From: Sulfurimonas sp.
GTDB lineage: Bacteria; Campylobacterota; Campylobacteria; Campylobacterales; Sulfurimonadaceae
DNA: 53,766 nt
Direction of reading: 5' to 3'
Assembly (NCBI GenBank): GCA_027063745.1
Contig: JAMORG010000001.1
Location: forward strand, 1-53,766
Below the pieces are notes generated by a model. The model had not been told where the DNA came from. It was given only the letters and a program-made list of their open reading frames with translations, and made no database searches. Positions 9,690 to 18,092 of this stretch are shown in pieces (position 1 is the first letter of the stretch; each line of letters starts with the position of its first letter). A program made the position numbers and the translations under genes.

Positions 9690-11057
9690 ATGAAACGCAT
9701 CCTCAGTATCTTCACTCTTACAAGCCTGCTTTTTGGAGCAGAGTTTGTCACCTATAACAATGAATCAAAAAATATTGAACAAAAAGCGAGTATTATGAAA
9801 GTAAAAATGCCTTCACCCCTCCCAACTTATGAGACAAAGAAACTCAAAAACGGTTTAGAGATCGTTGTAATTCCACTCAAAAACGACTCAAATGTCGTAA
9901 CAACTGACATTTTCTACAAAGTCGGAAGCCGTAACGAAGTTATGGGTAAAACCGGCATTGCACATATGCTAGAGCATATGAACTTCAAAAGTACAAAAAA
10001 GCTCAAAGCCGGTGAGTTTGACAAAGAAGTAAAGGGTATGGGTGGTGTTAACAATGCCTCAACAAGCTTTGACTATACGCACTACTATATCAAATCTTCT
10101 ACAAAAAATATGAAAAAATCCATTGAGCTCTTTGCAGAACTGATGCAAAATCTCAAACTCAAAGACAAAGAGTTCCAACCAGAGCGAAATGTCGTTATGG
10201 AAGAGCGTCGTTGGAGAACTGACAACAATCCTTTAGGCTATCTCTATTTCCGTCTCTTTAACAATGCCTATATCTACCACCCATACCACTGGACACCAAT
10301 CGGCTTTATCAACGACATAAAAACATGGACGATAGATGATATAAGAGAGTTTCACAAAACCTACTATCAACCACAAAATGCCATCTTAATGGTCACAGGT
10401 GATGTAGAGCCAAAAAAAGTTTTTAAAGAGGCTGAGGCTGCATTTGGAAGTATAAAAAACAGTATTGATATTCCTAAAGTAAAATTTGTCGAACCAAAAC
10501 AAGATGGTCCAAAGCGTATCATACTGCATAAAGAGAGCGAAGTAGAACTTTTGGCTATTACTTTTCATATTCCGAACTTCCAGAGTAAAGATCAAGTGGC
10601 ACTCAGTGTTATCTCAGAGATTCTCTACTCAGGAAAGAGCTCACGCCTCTATAAAAAACTCGTAGATGAAAAACATTTAGTAAACTCTATCTATGCTTAT
10701 AATATGGAAAATATCGATCCGGGACTTTTTATCTTTTTAGCGACTTGTAATCCAGGCGTAAAAGCAGAAGAAGTTGAGAGTGAACTCATAAAGCAGATAG
10801 AGCTTTTAAAGAGTCAAAAAGTTTCTCATGAAGAACTTCAAAAAGTAAAGACAAATACGAAAGCTGATTTTATCTACTCTTTGGAGAGTTCTACATCAGT
10901 AGCAAACCTTTATGGAAGTTATCTGGTTCGTGGTGATATCAAACCACTTATAAAGTATCAAAAGCGCGTTGAGAAACTTGATGAGGAAGAGATTTTACGT
11001 GTGGCAAACAAGTATTTCAACTTTGATGCTTCAACAACAGTTATACTCAAAAAGTAA
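9690..11057 (+). CDS. M16 family zinc metallopeptidase with signal peptide
   Basis: GIAHMLEHM (HxxEH), NASTSFDYTHY, ERNVVMEERR. Confidence 0.93.
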   Translation: MKRILSIFTLTSLLFGAEFVTYNNESKNIEQKASIMKVKMPSPLPTYETKKLKNGLEIVVIPLKNDSNVVTTDIFYKVGSRNEVMGKTGIAHMLEHMNFKSTKKLKAGEFDKEVKGMGGVNNASTSFDYTHYYIKSSTKNMKKSIELFAELMQNLKLKDKEFQPERNVVMEERRWRTDNNPLGYLYFRLFNNAYIYHPYHWTPIGFINDIKTWTIDDIREFHKTYYQPQNAILMVTGDVEPKKVFKEAEAAFGSIKNSIDIPKVKFVEPKQDGPKRIILHKESEVELLAITFHIPNFQSKDQVALSVISEILYSGKSSRLYKKLVDEKHLVNSIYAYNMENIDPGLFIFLATCNPGVKAEEVESELIKQIELLKSQKVSHEELQKVKTNTKADFIYSLESSTSVANLYGSYLVRGDIKPLIKYQKRVEKLDEEEILRVANKYFNFDASTTVILKK

Positions 11058-11112
11058 AAGTTTTAAAACTTTTTGGCTATAATTGCACATTATTTTTAAA
11101 GGGTAAATATTT

Positions 11113-12006
11113 ATGGATATTGTAACTGGTTCTTCAACCGCACTCATTACTCCGTTTAAAAACGGAAAACTTGATGAACAAAAGTATGCTGATCTTATTG
11201 TAAGACAGATAAACAATGGTATGGACGCAGTCTGTCCTGTAGGAACTACAGGTGAGAGTGCAACACTCACGCATGATGAACACAAACGCTGTATAGAGAT
11301 CGCTGTAGAAGTATGTAAAAATGCAACTACAAAAGTTCTTGCAGGTGCAGGAAGCAATGCAACACATGAAGCTATTGAGATTGCAAAGCATGCAGAATCT
11401 TGCGGTGTTGATGCTATCTTCTCAGTAAGCCCATACTACAACAAGCCATCTCAAGAGGGACTCTACCAGCACTACAAAGCTATCGCTGAAGCAGTACCAA
11501 ACCTTCCGTTTATGCTTTACAATGTTCCAGGTAGAACAGGTGTTGACATCACTGCTGATACTGCCATTCGTCTTTTTGATGATGTGCAAAACATTTATGG
11601 TATCAAAGAAGCAACCGGAAGCTTAGAGCGTACAGTAGAGCTTCTCTCACGCAGACCTGATTTAAAAGTATTTTCAGGTGATGATGCTATCGACTACCCA
11701 ATTCTTGCAAATGGTGGTGCAGGCATCACTTCTGTAACATCAAACCTTATGCCAGACCTTAAAAGCCAGCTTGTAAACAAAGCTCTCTGCGGTGACTTTG
11801 CAGGTGCAAAAGCCATTAATGACAAACTTTACCCTTTAAACTCTGTCATGTTTTGTGAAGCAAACCCTATCCCGGTAAAAGCTGCAATGTACATAGCAGG
11901 TCTTTTAGATACTTTAGAGTACAGACTTCCACTTGTACCACCAAGCAAAGAGAACATGAAAAAAATCGAAGAAGTAATGAAAAATTACGATATAAAAGGA
12001 ATGTAA
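11113..12006 (+). CDS. dapA: 4-hydroxy-tetrahydrodipicolinate synthase
   Basis: GTTGESATL, PYYNKPSQEG, LYNVPGRTG, GIKEATG. Confidence 0.97.
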   Translation: MDIVTGSSTALITPFKNGKLDEQKYADLIVRQINNGMDAVCPVGTTGESATLTHDEHKRCIEIAVEVCKNATTKVLAGAGSNATHEAIEIAKHAESCGVDAIFSVSPYYNKPSQEGLYQHYKAIAEAVPNLPFMLYNVPGRTGVDITADTAIRLFDDVQNIYGIKEATGSLERTVELLSRRPDLKVFSGDDAIDYPILANGGAGITSVTSNLMPDLKSQLVNKALCGDFAGAKAINDKLYPLNSVMFCEANPIPVKAAMYIAGLLDTLEYRLPLVPPSKENMKKIEEVMKNYDIKGM

Positions 12007-12007
12007 G

Positions 12008-12784
12008 ATGGCAGATTTTAAAGGAAAAACACTTTTTATCAGTGGTGGAACTCGTGGTATCGGTAAAGCGATCGTTTATGCATTTGCCGAAGCTGGTGCA
12101 AATGTAGCATTTACATACGCTTCAAGTGCAGATACTGCAAATGAGATCATTGCTGATATTGAGTCAAAATATGGTATCAAAAGCCGTGCATACAAGCTTG
12201 ATATCTTAGAGCCAAACACATACAAAGATGTTTATAAACTCTTTGATGAAGATTTTGATCGTCTTGACTTCTTCATATCAAACGCTATCATCTCAGGTCG
12301 TGCTGTTGTTGGTGGTTTTGGTCCTTTTATGCGTCTTAAACCTCGTGGACTTGACAACATCTGGAAAGCTACAGTAGATGCTTTTGTAGTTGGTGCGCAA
12401 GAGGCAGCAAAAAGAATTGAAAAAGTCGGTGGTGGAAGCATCATCAGCATGAGCTCAACTGGTAACTTGGTATATACTCCAAACTACGCAGGTCATGGTG
12501 CAAACAAAGCAGCGGTTGAAGCGATGGTACGCTACGCAGCAGCTGAACTTGGTGAGAAAGGGATTCGTGTAAATGCAGTAAGCGGTGGTCCGATCGATAC
12601 AGACGCTCTTAAAGCTTTCCCTAACTATGAAGAGGTAAAAGCAGAAGTAGTTAGACGCTCTCCACTCTCACGTATGGGTGTAGCAGAGGATCTAACAGGG
12701 GCATGTAAATTCTTGTGTTCTGATGAATCTTCTTGGCTTACAGGCCAGACTCTTGTAGTAGATGGCGGAACAACGTTCCAGTAG
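12008..12784 (+). CDS. SDR family enoyl-ACP reductase (FabL/HdhA-like)
   Basis: SGGTRGIG Rossmann motif, Y-x6-K (YAGHGANK), VNAVSGGPIDT, TGQTLVVDGG. Confidence 0.88.
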   Translation: MADFKGKTLFISGGTRGIGKAIVYAFAEAGANVAFTYASSADTANEIIADIESKYGIKSRAYKLDILEPNTYKDVYKLFDEDFDRLDFFISNAIISGRAVVGGFGPFMRLKPRGLDNIWKATVDAFVVGAQEAAKRIEKVGGGSIISMSSTGNLVYTPNYAGHGANKAAVEAMVRYAAAELGEKGIRVNAVSGGPIDTDALKAFPNYEEVKAEVVRRSPLSRMGVAEDLTGACKFLCSDESSWLTGQTLVVDGGTTFQ

Positions 12785-12796
12785 TCAAACTTTATA

Positions 12797-12823
12797 GATA
12801 AGAAGCTCTAATGCTTTCTTATC
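12797..12823. terminator. Probable bidirectional terminator
   Basis: GATAAGAA...TTCTTATC stem between two convergent stop codons. Confidence 0.6.
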
Positions 12824-12835
12824 ATTCTTTTCTTT

Positions 12836-12970
12836 CTAAGACCTAAGTCCTTCCTTTATTCTCTCTTGACAATCAATACACTCTTGTAGTTTTTTCGCTT
12901 CTTGTTCTGTTATAGCATGATGTTGTAATGCATCACGAACAGAATCTTTTGTTAAATAGACATGTTTCAT
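12836..12970 (-). CDS. 44-aa small protein with CxxC motif; not in ORF track
   Basis: TAAGGAG RBS, upstream TATACT -10; MKHVYLTKDSVRDALQHHAITEQEAKKLQECIDCQERIKEGLRS. Confidence 0.7.
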   Translation of the reverse strand: MKHVYLTKDSVRDALQHHAITEQEAKKLQECIDCQERIKEGLRS

Positions 12971-13048
12971 CTTTTCTCCTTACTTAATCACTTTTTAAAG
13001 TATACTCCTTCAAAACTTATAAGTAAATATAAATAATATAATAAGTTG

Positions 13049-13675
13049 CTATAATAAAAAAACTATCAAACGCTTCTGTATAAAAAGTTCTTTAAATCCG
13101 TAATACTCTTTTATCCACTCAAAAGTCTCTTTTGCATATAAAAAAACATGCGTCGGATCATTTTTATAGTACCATGAAGCAAAATCCCGCTCATCATAGA
13201 TATCTGTCATAAGGTAAAGCCCTCCTCCCTCACGCAACATCTCACGCAGCTTTGCAAACTCCTGTGCAGGATTATAAAAATGCTCTATCACTTCACATGA
13301 AGTTACATAGTCATACTTTTGTTCTAATAGCTCAGGATAGTTGTGGAAGTATGGGTCATAATCAACAATGTTATAACCCTGCTCACGCAACACTGTAGAG
13401 ATGATTTGGCTCCGCCCTGCTCCAAAGTCCAAGCCTTGGTGCTTGGGAGTAAAGTCACGCATGACACTTTTTGTAATAGGAGAGACAAACTTTCTGTATC
13501 CTGCATCTTGGGTATCATCATCATGAAGTTCATAGCGCTCTTTTTCTTCCTCGGCCTTTGGCAGATCTTTTTTAGCTACAAAAACAGCACGACACTCAGG
13601 GCATCGAAAATACTCCTGAGTATCTTTATAAAACGGACTTGCTTGACTCTTACATAGTGGACATTTTTCTTTCAT
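13049..13675 (-). CDS. Class I SAM-dependent methyltransferase with N-terminal zinc ribbon
   Basis: CPLC...CPEC, GLDFGAG motif I, CEVIEHF, YKNDPTHV. Start moved to ATG 13675 (the track gives 13699). Confidence 0.85.
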   Translation of the reverse strand: MKEKCPLCKSQASPFYKDTQEYFRCPECRAVFVAKKDLPKAEEEKERYELHDDDTQDAGYRKFVSPITKSVMRDFTPKHQGLDFGAGRSQIISTVLREQGYNIVDYDPYFHNYPELLEQKYDYVTSCEVIEHFYNPAQEFAKLREMLREGGGLYLMTDIYDERDFASWYYKNDPTHVFLYAKETFEWIKEYYGFKELFIQKRLIVFLL

Positions 13676-13751
13676 GCCTAATCTTATCGTATCAACCATT
13701 GATAAGCAATAAAAAGATAAAATCTCATCACACTATTTAGAAGGAATTTTT

Positions 13752-14306
13752 TTGCTCAATCTACCAAATATTTTGGCCTCTATGCGCATACTGATCGCTC
13801 CTTTGATGTTTTGGGTAATTCTTAACCCAGGCTTCTTTACAGAGCGCGGTTTTGATGTGACATGGAACTACTACTTCGCATCACTGCTTTTTGTTTTGGC
13901 AAGTGTTACAGACTTTTTTGACGGCTATATCGCACGACAGTGGAACCAGATGACACTCCTTGGTGCCATTCTTGACCCACTCGCAGATAAGATGCTCACG
14001 CTTGCTGCATTTTTGGGTCTTATGGTTGTAGGAGAAGCATCTCCGTGGGCAATATATATCATCATAGTACGTGAGCTTTTCATTACTGGTATTCGTACTG
14101 TGGCTGTAAGTGAAGGCGTGAGCGTAAAAGCAAGCTGGGCCGGTAAAGTAAAAACAGTGGCACAGATGATAGCTATTGGCTTTTTGCTGATGCGCTGGCC
14201 TTATGGAGATGTTCTGCTTTGGTTTGCAGTATTTTTAACAGTCTATTCAGGTCTTGAGTATCTTTGGGGATTTCGTAAAGCACTATTAAAGGATGAGATA
14301 GCATGA
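13752..14306 (+). CDS. pgsA: CDP-diacylglycerol--glycerol-3-phosphate 3-phosphatidyltransferase
   Basis: NLPNIL, TDFFDGYIAR...GAILDPLADK; TTG start with AAGGA RBS. Confidence 0.95.
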   Translation: MLNLPNILASMRILIAPLMFWVILNPGFFTERGFDVTWNYYFASLLFVLASVTDFFDGYIARQWNQMTLLGAILDPLADKMLTLAAFLGLMVVGEASPWAIYIIIVRELFITGIRTVAVSEGVSVKASWAGKVKTVAQMIAIGFLLMRWPYGDVLLWFAVFLTVYSGLEYLWGFRKALLKDEIA

Positions 14307-15355
14307 GTTATATAGTTTCACTTTTAGTCCTCTCAGCACTTATCTTTTTCCATGAACTTGGTCACTATATGGCTGCACGCCTTATGGGTGTCTATGTGGA
14401 GGTCTTTAGTATCGGTTTTGGCAAACGCCTCTTTACTTTTCGTGCTTTTAATACCCAGTGGAGCATCTCTGCCATTCCACTTGGCGGCTATGTGAAGATG
14501 AAAGGCCAAGACGACACAGATCCAAGCAAAAAGAGCTATGATGCAGACAGTTACAACTCCAAAACACCGCTGCAACGTATCTTTATCTTAGTAGCAGGAC
14601 CACTAGCGAACTTTGTTTTGGCATTTTTTCTCTACTTTGCCATTGCAATGGGAAATCCATCAGCACTTGCACCCGTTATTGGCGAAGTAGTAAAAGAGTC
14701 TCCTGCACAAAAAGCCGGACTGCAAAAAGATGATGAGATTCTCGCCATAAACGGTGAAAAGATTGAGAAGTGGAGTGACCTTGTCAAACACATTGCCGAT
14801 GCAAAAGGTGCAATTGCTCTACAGATAAACCGTAACGGTGAGCTAAAACTTATCACTCTTGTTCCTGAGCTGCGTGATGCAAAAAATGAGTTTGGCGAAG
14901 ATGTAAAACGTAAGATGATAGGCATATCTGCAGCCGGTGTTATGAAAGAGCAGCAATTAAGTTTTTCTGAGAAGTTCTCATACGCTTACAACCAAACAGT
15001 CTATGCCTCTACACTTATCTTTACTGGTGTGAAAAAGCTTATCTTTGGAGAAGTACCTGCCAGTGAGATGGGTGGGGTTATCAGCATCGTAAAACTCACT
15101 TCAGATGCAACGGCAGTCGGCTGGATGAGCGTGCTCTTCTTTACTGCACTTATCTCAGTAAACCTAGGGGTGCTCAATCTTCTACCTATTCCTGCACTTG
15201 ATGGCGGGCACATTATGTTTAACCTCTATGAGCTCATAACTCGCAGAGAACCAAGTGAGCAGATCATCGTGAACCTCACCATTGCCGGTTGGGTTATACT
15301 CTTTGGTCTGATGGGACTAGGTCTGTATAACGACATAAACAGATTAATGCAATAA
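14303..15355 (+). CDS. rseP: RIP metalloprotease RseP
   Basis: HELGH, PLGGYVKM, PDZ region, NLLPIPALDGG. Confidence 0.95.
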   Translation: MSYIVSLLVLSALIFFHELGHYMAARLMGVYVEVFSIGFGKRLFTFRAFNTQWSISAIPLGGYVKMKGQDDTDPSKKSYDADSYNSKTPLQRIFILVAGPLANFVLAFFLYFAIAMGNPSALAPVIGEVVKESPAQKAGLQKDDEILAINGEKIEKWSDLVKHIADAKGAIALQINRNGELKLITLVPELRDAKNEFGEDVKRKMIGISAAGVMKEQQLSFSEKFSYAYNQTVYASTLIFTGVKKLIFGEVPASEMGGVISIVKLTSDATAVGWMSVLFFTALISVNLGVLNLLPIPALDGGHIMFNLYELITRREPSEQIIVNLTIAGWVILFGLMGLGLYNDINRLMQ

Positions 15356-15365
15356 GGATAAAAAA

Positions 15366-16046
15366 ATGATGAATGAAATAGAATACAAACTGCATATAGA
15401 TGATGTAATACGCAGAGTTGAGACTGCACGTCTTAAAGTAAATGCACACCATATTGTAAAGATTGTAGCCGTGAGCAAGTACTCTGATGAAGCAGCTATT
15501 GAAAAGCTCTACCATATCGGTCAGCGTGCTTTTGGAGAGAACAAAGTACAAGACTTGGAGAGAAAGTCTCACGCACTTGAAGATCTACCACTTGAATGGC
15601 ACTTTATCGGTAACTTGCAAAAAAACAAGATAAACAAACTGCTCGATATCAACCCTGCTCTCTTTCAAGGACTGGACTCTTTGGAGCTTGCACGTGAGAT
15701 ACAAAAGCGCCTTGAAGTGCGTGAGATGAGTCTTGATTGTCTCTTGCAGATAAACTCTGCCAAAGAGGAGTCTAAGCACGGTGTTTTACCTGAAGATGCG
15801 ATAGCAATCTATAAAACGATTCAAAAAGAGTGCCCAAATATCAACTTAAAAGGTGTAATGAGCATCGGTGCACATACAGATGATAAAGAAGTGGTAAAAG
15901 AGAGTTTTATAACTACACACAATATTTACAAAGAGCTTGAAGGTGCAAGCATCTGTTCTATGGGAATGAGCGGTGATTTTGAACTGGCTATTGAGTGTGG
16001 TTCAAATATGGTTCGACTTGGCTCTATAATGTTTCCAAAAGACTAA
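15366..16046 (+). CDS. yggS: YggS family PLP homeostasis protein
   Basis: VAVSK, FGENKVQ, WHFIGNLQKNK, SMGMSGDF, MVRLGS. Confidence 0.95.
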   Translation: MMNEIEYKLHIDDVIRRVETARLKVNAHHIVKIVAVSKYSDEAAIEKLYHIGQRAFGENKVQDLERKSHALEDLPLEWHFIGNLQKNKINKLLDINPALFQGLDSLELAREIQKRLEVREMSLDCLLQINSAKEESKHGVLPEDAIAIYKTIQKECPNINLKGVMSIGAHTDDKEVVKESFITTHNIYKELEGASICSMGMSGDFELAIECGSNMVRLGSIMFPKD

Positions 16047-16066
16047 GATACACTCAACGTGTATCT
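16046..16066 (+). terminator. Hairpin after yggS
   Basis: AGATACAC-tcaac-GTGTATCT; no clear U-tract. Confidence 0.45.
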
Positions 16067-16185
16067 GACGACAAAAATAGTTTCTTTTTTACTTAAATTC
16101 ATCAATTAATTTCCTATATATCTTTATCTTATTATTTTTATAAGCTATAATTCTTTTCTAAAATCAAATTAACAGGATATAAATA

Positions 16186-16578
16186 ATGGAAAAAACAACT
16201 TTAATGGACAAATACCCGGTATTTTCACTTACAGTAGCAAAAAATGAGATCTCTCAAAAGAGTGTAGATGAGATCATCGAATTTTTTAAAGCAAAAGTAG
16301 AAGCACACCCATTTGCGACATTTATCGCAATTTTTGACCACTATGCACATACTACATCAATTGCAGATCATGTTCTTGATGAAAATATCAAAGCAGCTAA
16401 AAACCTAGTATTTTGTTTTGGAAAACAGTTACCAAACTCTAAAATGTTAGCAGTACGCCCAAGAAGTTTAGGTGTTGTAGAGTTTGAAGAGAGCTTTGAG
16501 ATCAGCTTTATGGAAGTTCCAAACGAAGCACTACAAAAAGTAGTAAGTGAGTGGGTAGAGTCTATCAAAAACAGCTAA
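16186..16578 (+). CDS. Conserved hypothetical protein (DUF6858-like, from recall)
   Basis: Own -10 (gcTATAAT) and CAGGA RBS; IAIFDHYAHT...FCFG...AVRPRS. Confidence 0.7.
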   Translation: MEKTTLMDKYPVFSLTVAKNEISQKSVDEIIEFFKAKVEAHPFATFIAIFDHYAHTTSIADHVLDENIKAAKNLVFCFGKQLPNSKMLAVRPRSLGVVEFEESFEISFMEVPNEALQKVVSEWVESIKNS

Positions 16579-16595
16579 GAGTTTGTAACTCTTAG
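16575..16595. terminator. Hairpin between convergent genes
   Basis: CTAAGAGTT-tgt-AACTCTTAG perfect inverted repeat. Confidence 0.65.
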
Positions 16596-16609
16596 ACTGC
16601 TAAGAAGTA

Positions 16610-17359
16610 CTACTGAAGTACTTTTCTTGCATTTACAGGCTGAACGGGACGGTTATTTGGATGATGCATAGTATGCAAAAACTCATTTACCTCATCTTGT
16701 GAAACCTGTAAATAATCTTTCATAACAAACCAACGAACACCTTCAGAACATGGTGGAGTAGTCAGAGAACCATCAAATCTGTAATATGCTCTCTCTTTTG
16801 GAAGTAGCTTATTGATCATCTCAGCAGAAAGCCCACATGAAACTTTTGTACCTGGTTTTTTAGGCATTCTATGCCAGATCTTATTTATTACTTCATTCTC
16901 TTTTCCATTTTCAAACATTACTGCAACAACAGCCAAAGACCCATCTTTTGCAGCATGAACGAAGTGTGCTTCAAGAGGAAAGTTTTTGCCATCAATCTGA
17001 TTTTCACTTGGTGTATGGAAGTGAAACTGCTTGAGTTCAAACTCTTTTCCGTCAATCTTGATAAAACTACCGGGTTTTACATTTACCTGAACACTGTGAC
17101 CATTGTTAATAACTTCAGATGCACCGCTTGTGTAGTGAAATTTAATCGGCTCTAGCCCCTTTGTCTCTACTGTAATCTCTTTTGAGATATTGATTGGAGA
17201 TTGTGAACCACCAAGTTTACATTCGGCATATTGCGGATCTAAATCACCCCAGTGCTCCGGGTCTTCATGACCTGTGTAACCCCAATGCGTGCCATGAACA
17301 CCTGCAAAAAGTGAACCTGCCAAGATTGTAGATGTTAGTAACATTTTATTTAATTTCAT
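16610..17359 (-). CDS. cah: Periplasmic alpha-carbonic anhydrase
   Basis: Signal peptide; QSPINI, NNGHS, QFHFHTPSE, EAHFVH, GSLTTPPCSEGV, NNRPVQP. Confidence 0.95.
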   Translation of the reverse strand: MKLNKMLLTSTILAGSLFAGVHGTHWGYTGHEDPEHWGDLDPQYAECKLGGSQSPINISKEITVETKGLEPIKFHYTSGASEVINNGHSVQVNVKPGSFIKIDGKEFELKQFHFHTPSENQIDGKNFPLEAHFVHAAKDGSLAVVAVMFENGKENEVINKIWHRMPKKPGTKVSCGLSAEMINKLLPKERAYYRFDGSLTTPPCSEGVRWFVMKDYLQVSQDEVNEFLHTMHHPNNRPVQPVNARKVLQ

Positions 17360-17438
17360 TGAATTCCTTAATAGTTGATTTCTTTTTATATATTAAAGAA
17401 AATTATATTATAAAGAGTTGAAGCCTATTACTTTTTTA

Positions 17439-18092
17439 TTATTGATACCGCTTAAAACGAACAGCGTTACTTTTTGGATTTTCAATAAGTTTTTTCTGAT
17501 AGGCAATCATTTCATAAAATGGTTTTAAAAAAGCATCTATCTCAGCCGTATCATAGGACTCTATATCGTGAGACTCCAAAAGTTTCAAAACTTCATAAGT
17601 AGATTCAATGGTTGAGAGATAATTCTCTTGTGGCTGTTCTTTTATCTGATACTCTGATCGCTTTTGTGTTGTAAAACTCATATGAGGCAGTTGTTGGAGA
17701 TTTTTACTCTTTGTAAATATCTTTTTAGCGCAGGCCCATGTAGAGTCTATTAAAAATAGAGCTATTGGTTTTTGGCTTCGTTTTGGACTCGTTGTTGAGA
17801 GATTAAGCGCATTATCTGATGGAAAGAGGATATAGCTATCATAACTCTCTATAATAGCATTTACCCTTGTATTGTCTGTAAAGTCAATCCCAACAAAGAG
17901 TTCAGAGTTTCTCAAAGAGTTGTGTGTAAAATAGCCGGTATTGTTTTTGACTTTTTTAAACTCCTTTGGATGCATCAGTATCACAAATTTTGTCTCTGTA
18001 TCTATAGAGACACAATACTTACACATACATGAGCTTTTTGGCCGAAAACAGTGATAACACTTCTTGCGGTCTCCATAATATGTCTGTGCTAT
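17439..18092 (-). CDS. DTW-domain tRNA-uridine aminocarboxypropyltransferase (TapT-like)
   Basis: HPKE, NTG, IDSTW, LSTIE. The Cys-rich N-terminus CYHCFRPKSSCMC runs upstream of the track ATG (18026), so the start is probably ATA at 18092; the start is less certain than the gene call. Confidence 0.85.
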   Translation of the reverse strand: MAQTYYGDRKKCYHCFRPKSSCMCKYCVSIDTETKFVILMHPKEFKKVKNNTGYFTHNSLRNSELFVGIDFTDNTRVNAIIESYDSYILFPSDNALNLSTTSPKRSQKPIALFLIDSTWACAKKIFTKSKNLQQLPHMSFTTQKRSEYQIKEQPQENYLSTIESTYEVLKLLESHDIESYDTAEIDAFLKPFYEMIAYQKKLIENPKSNAVRFKRYQ

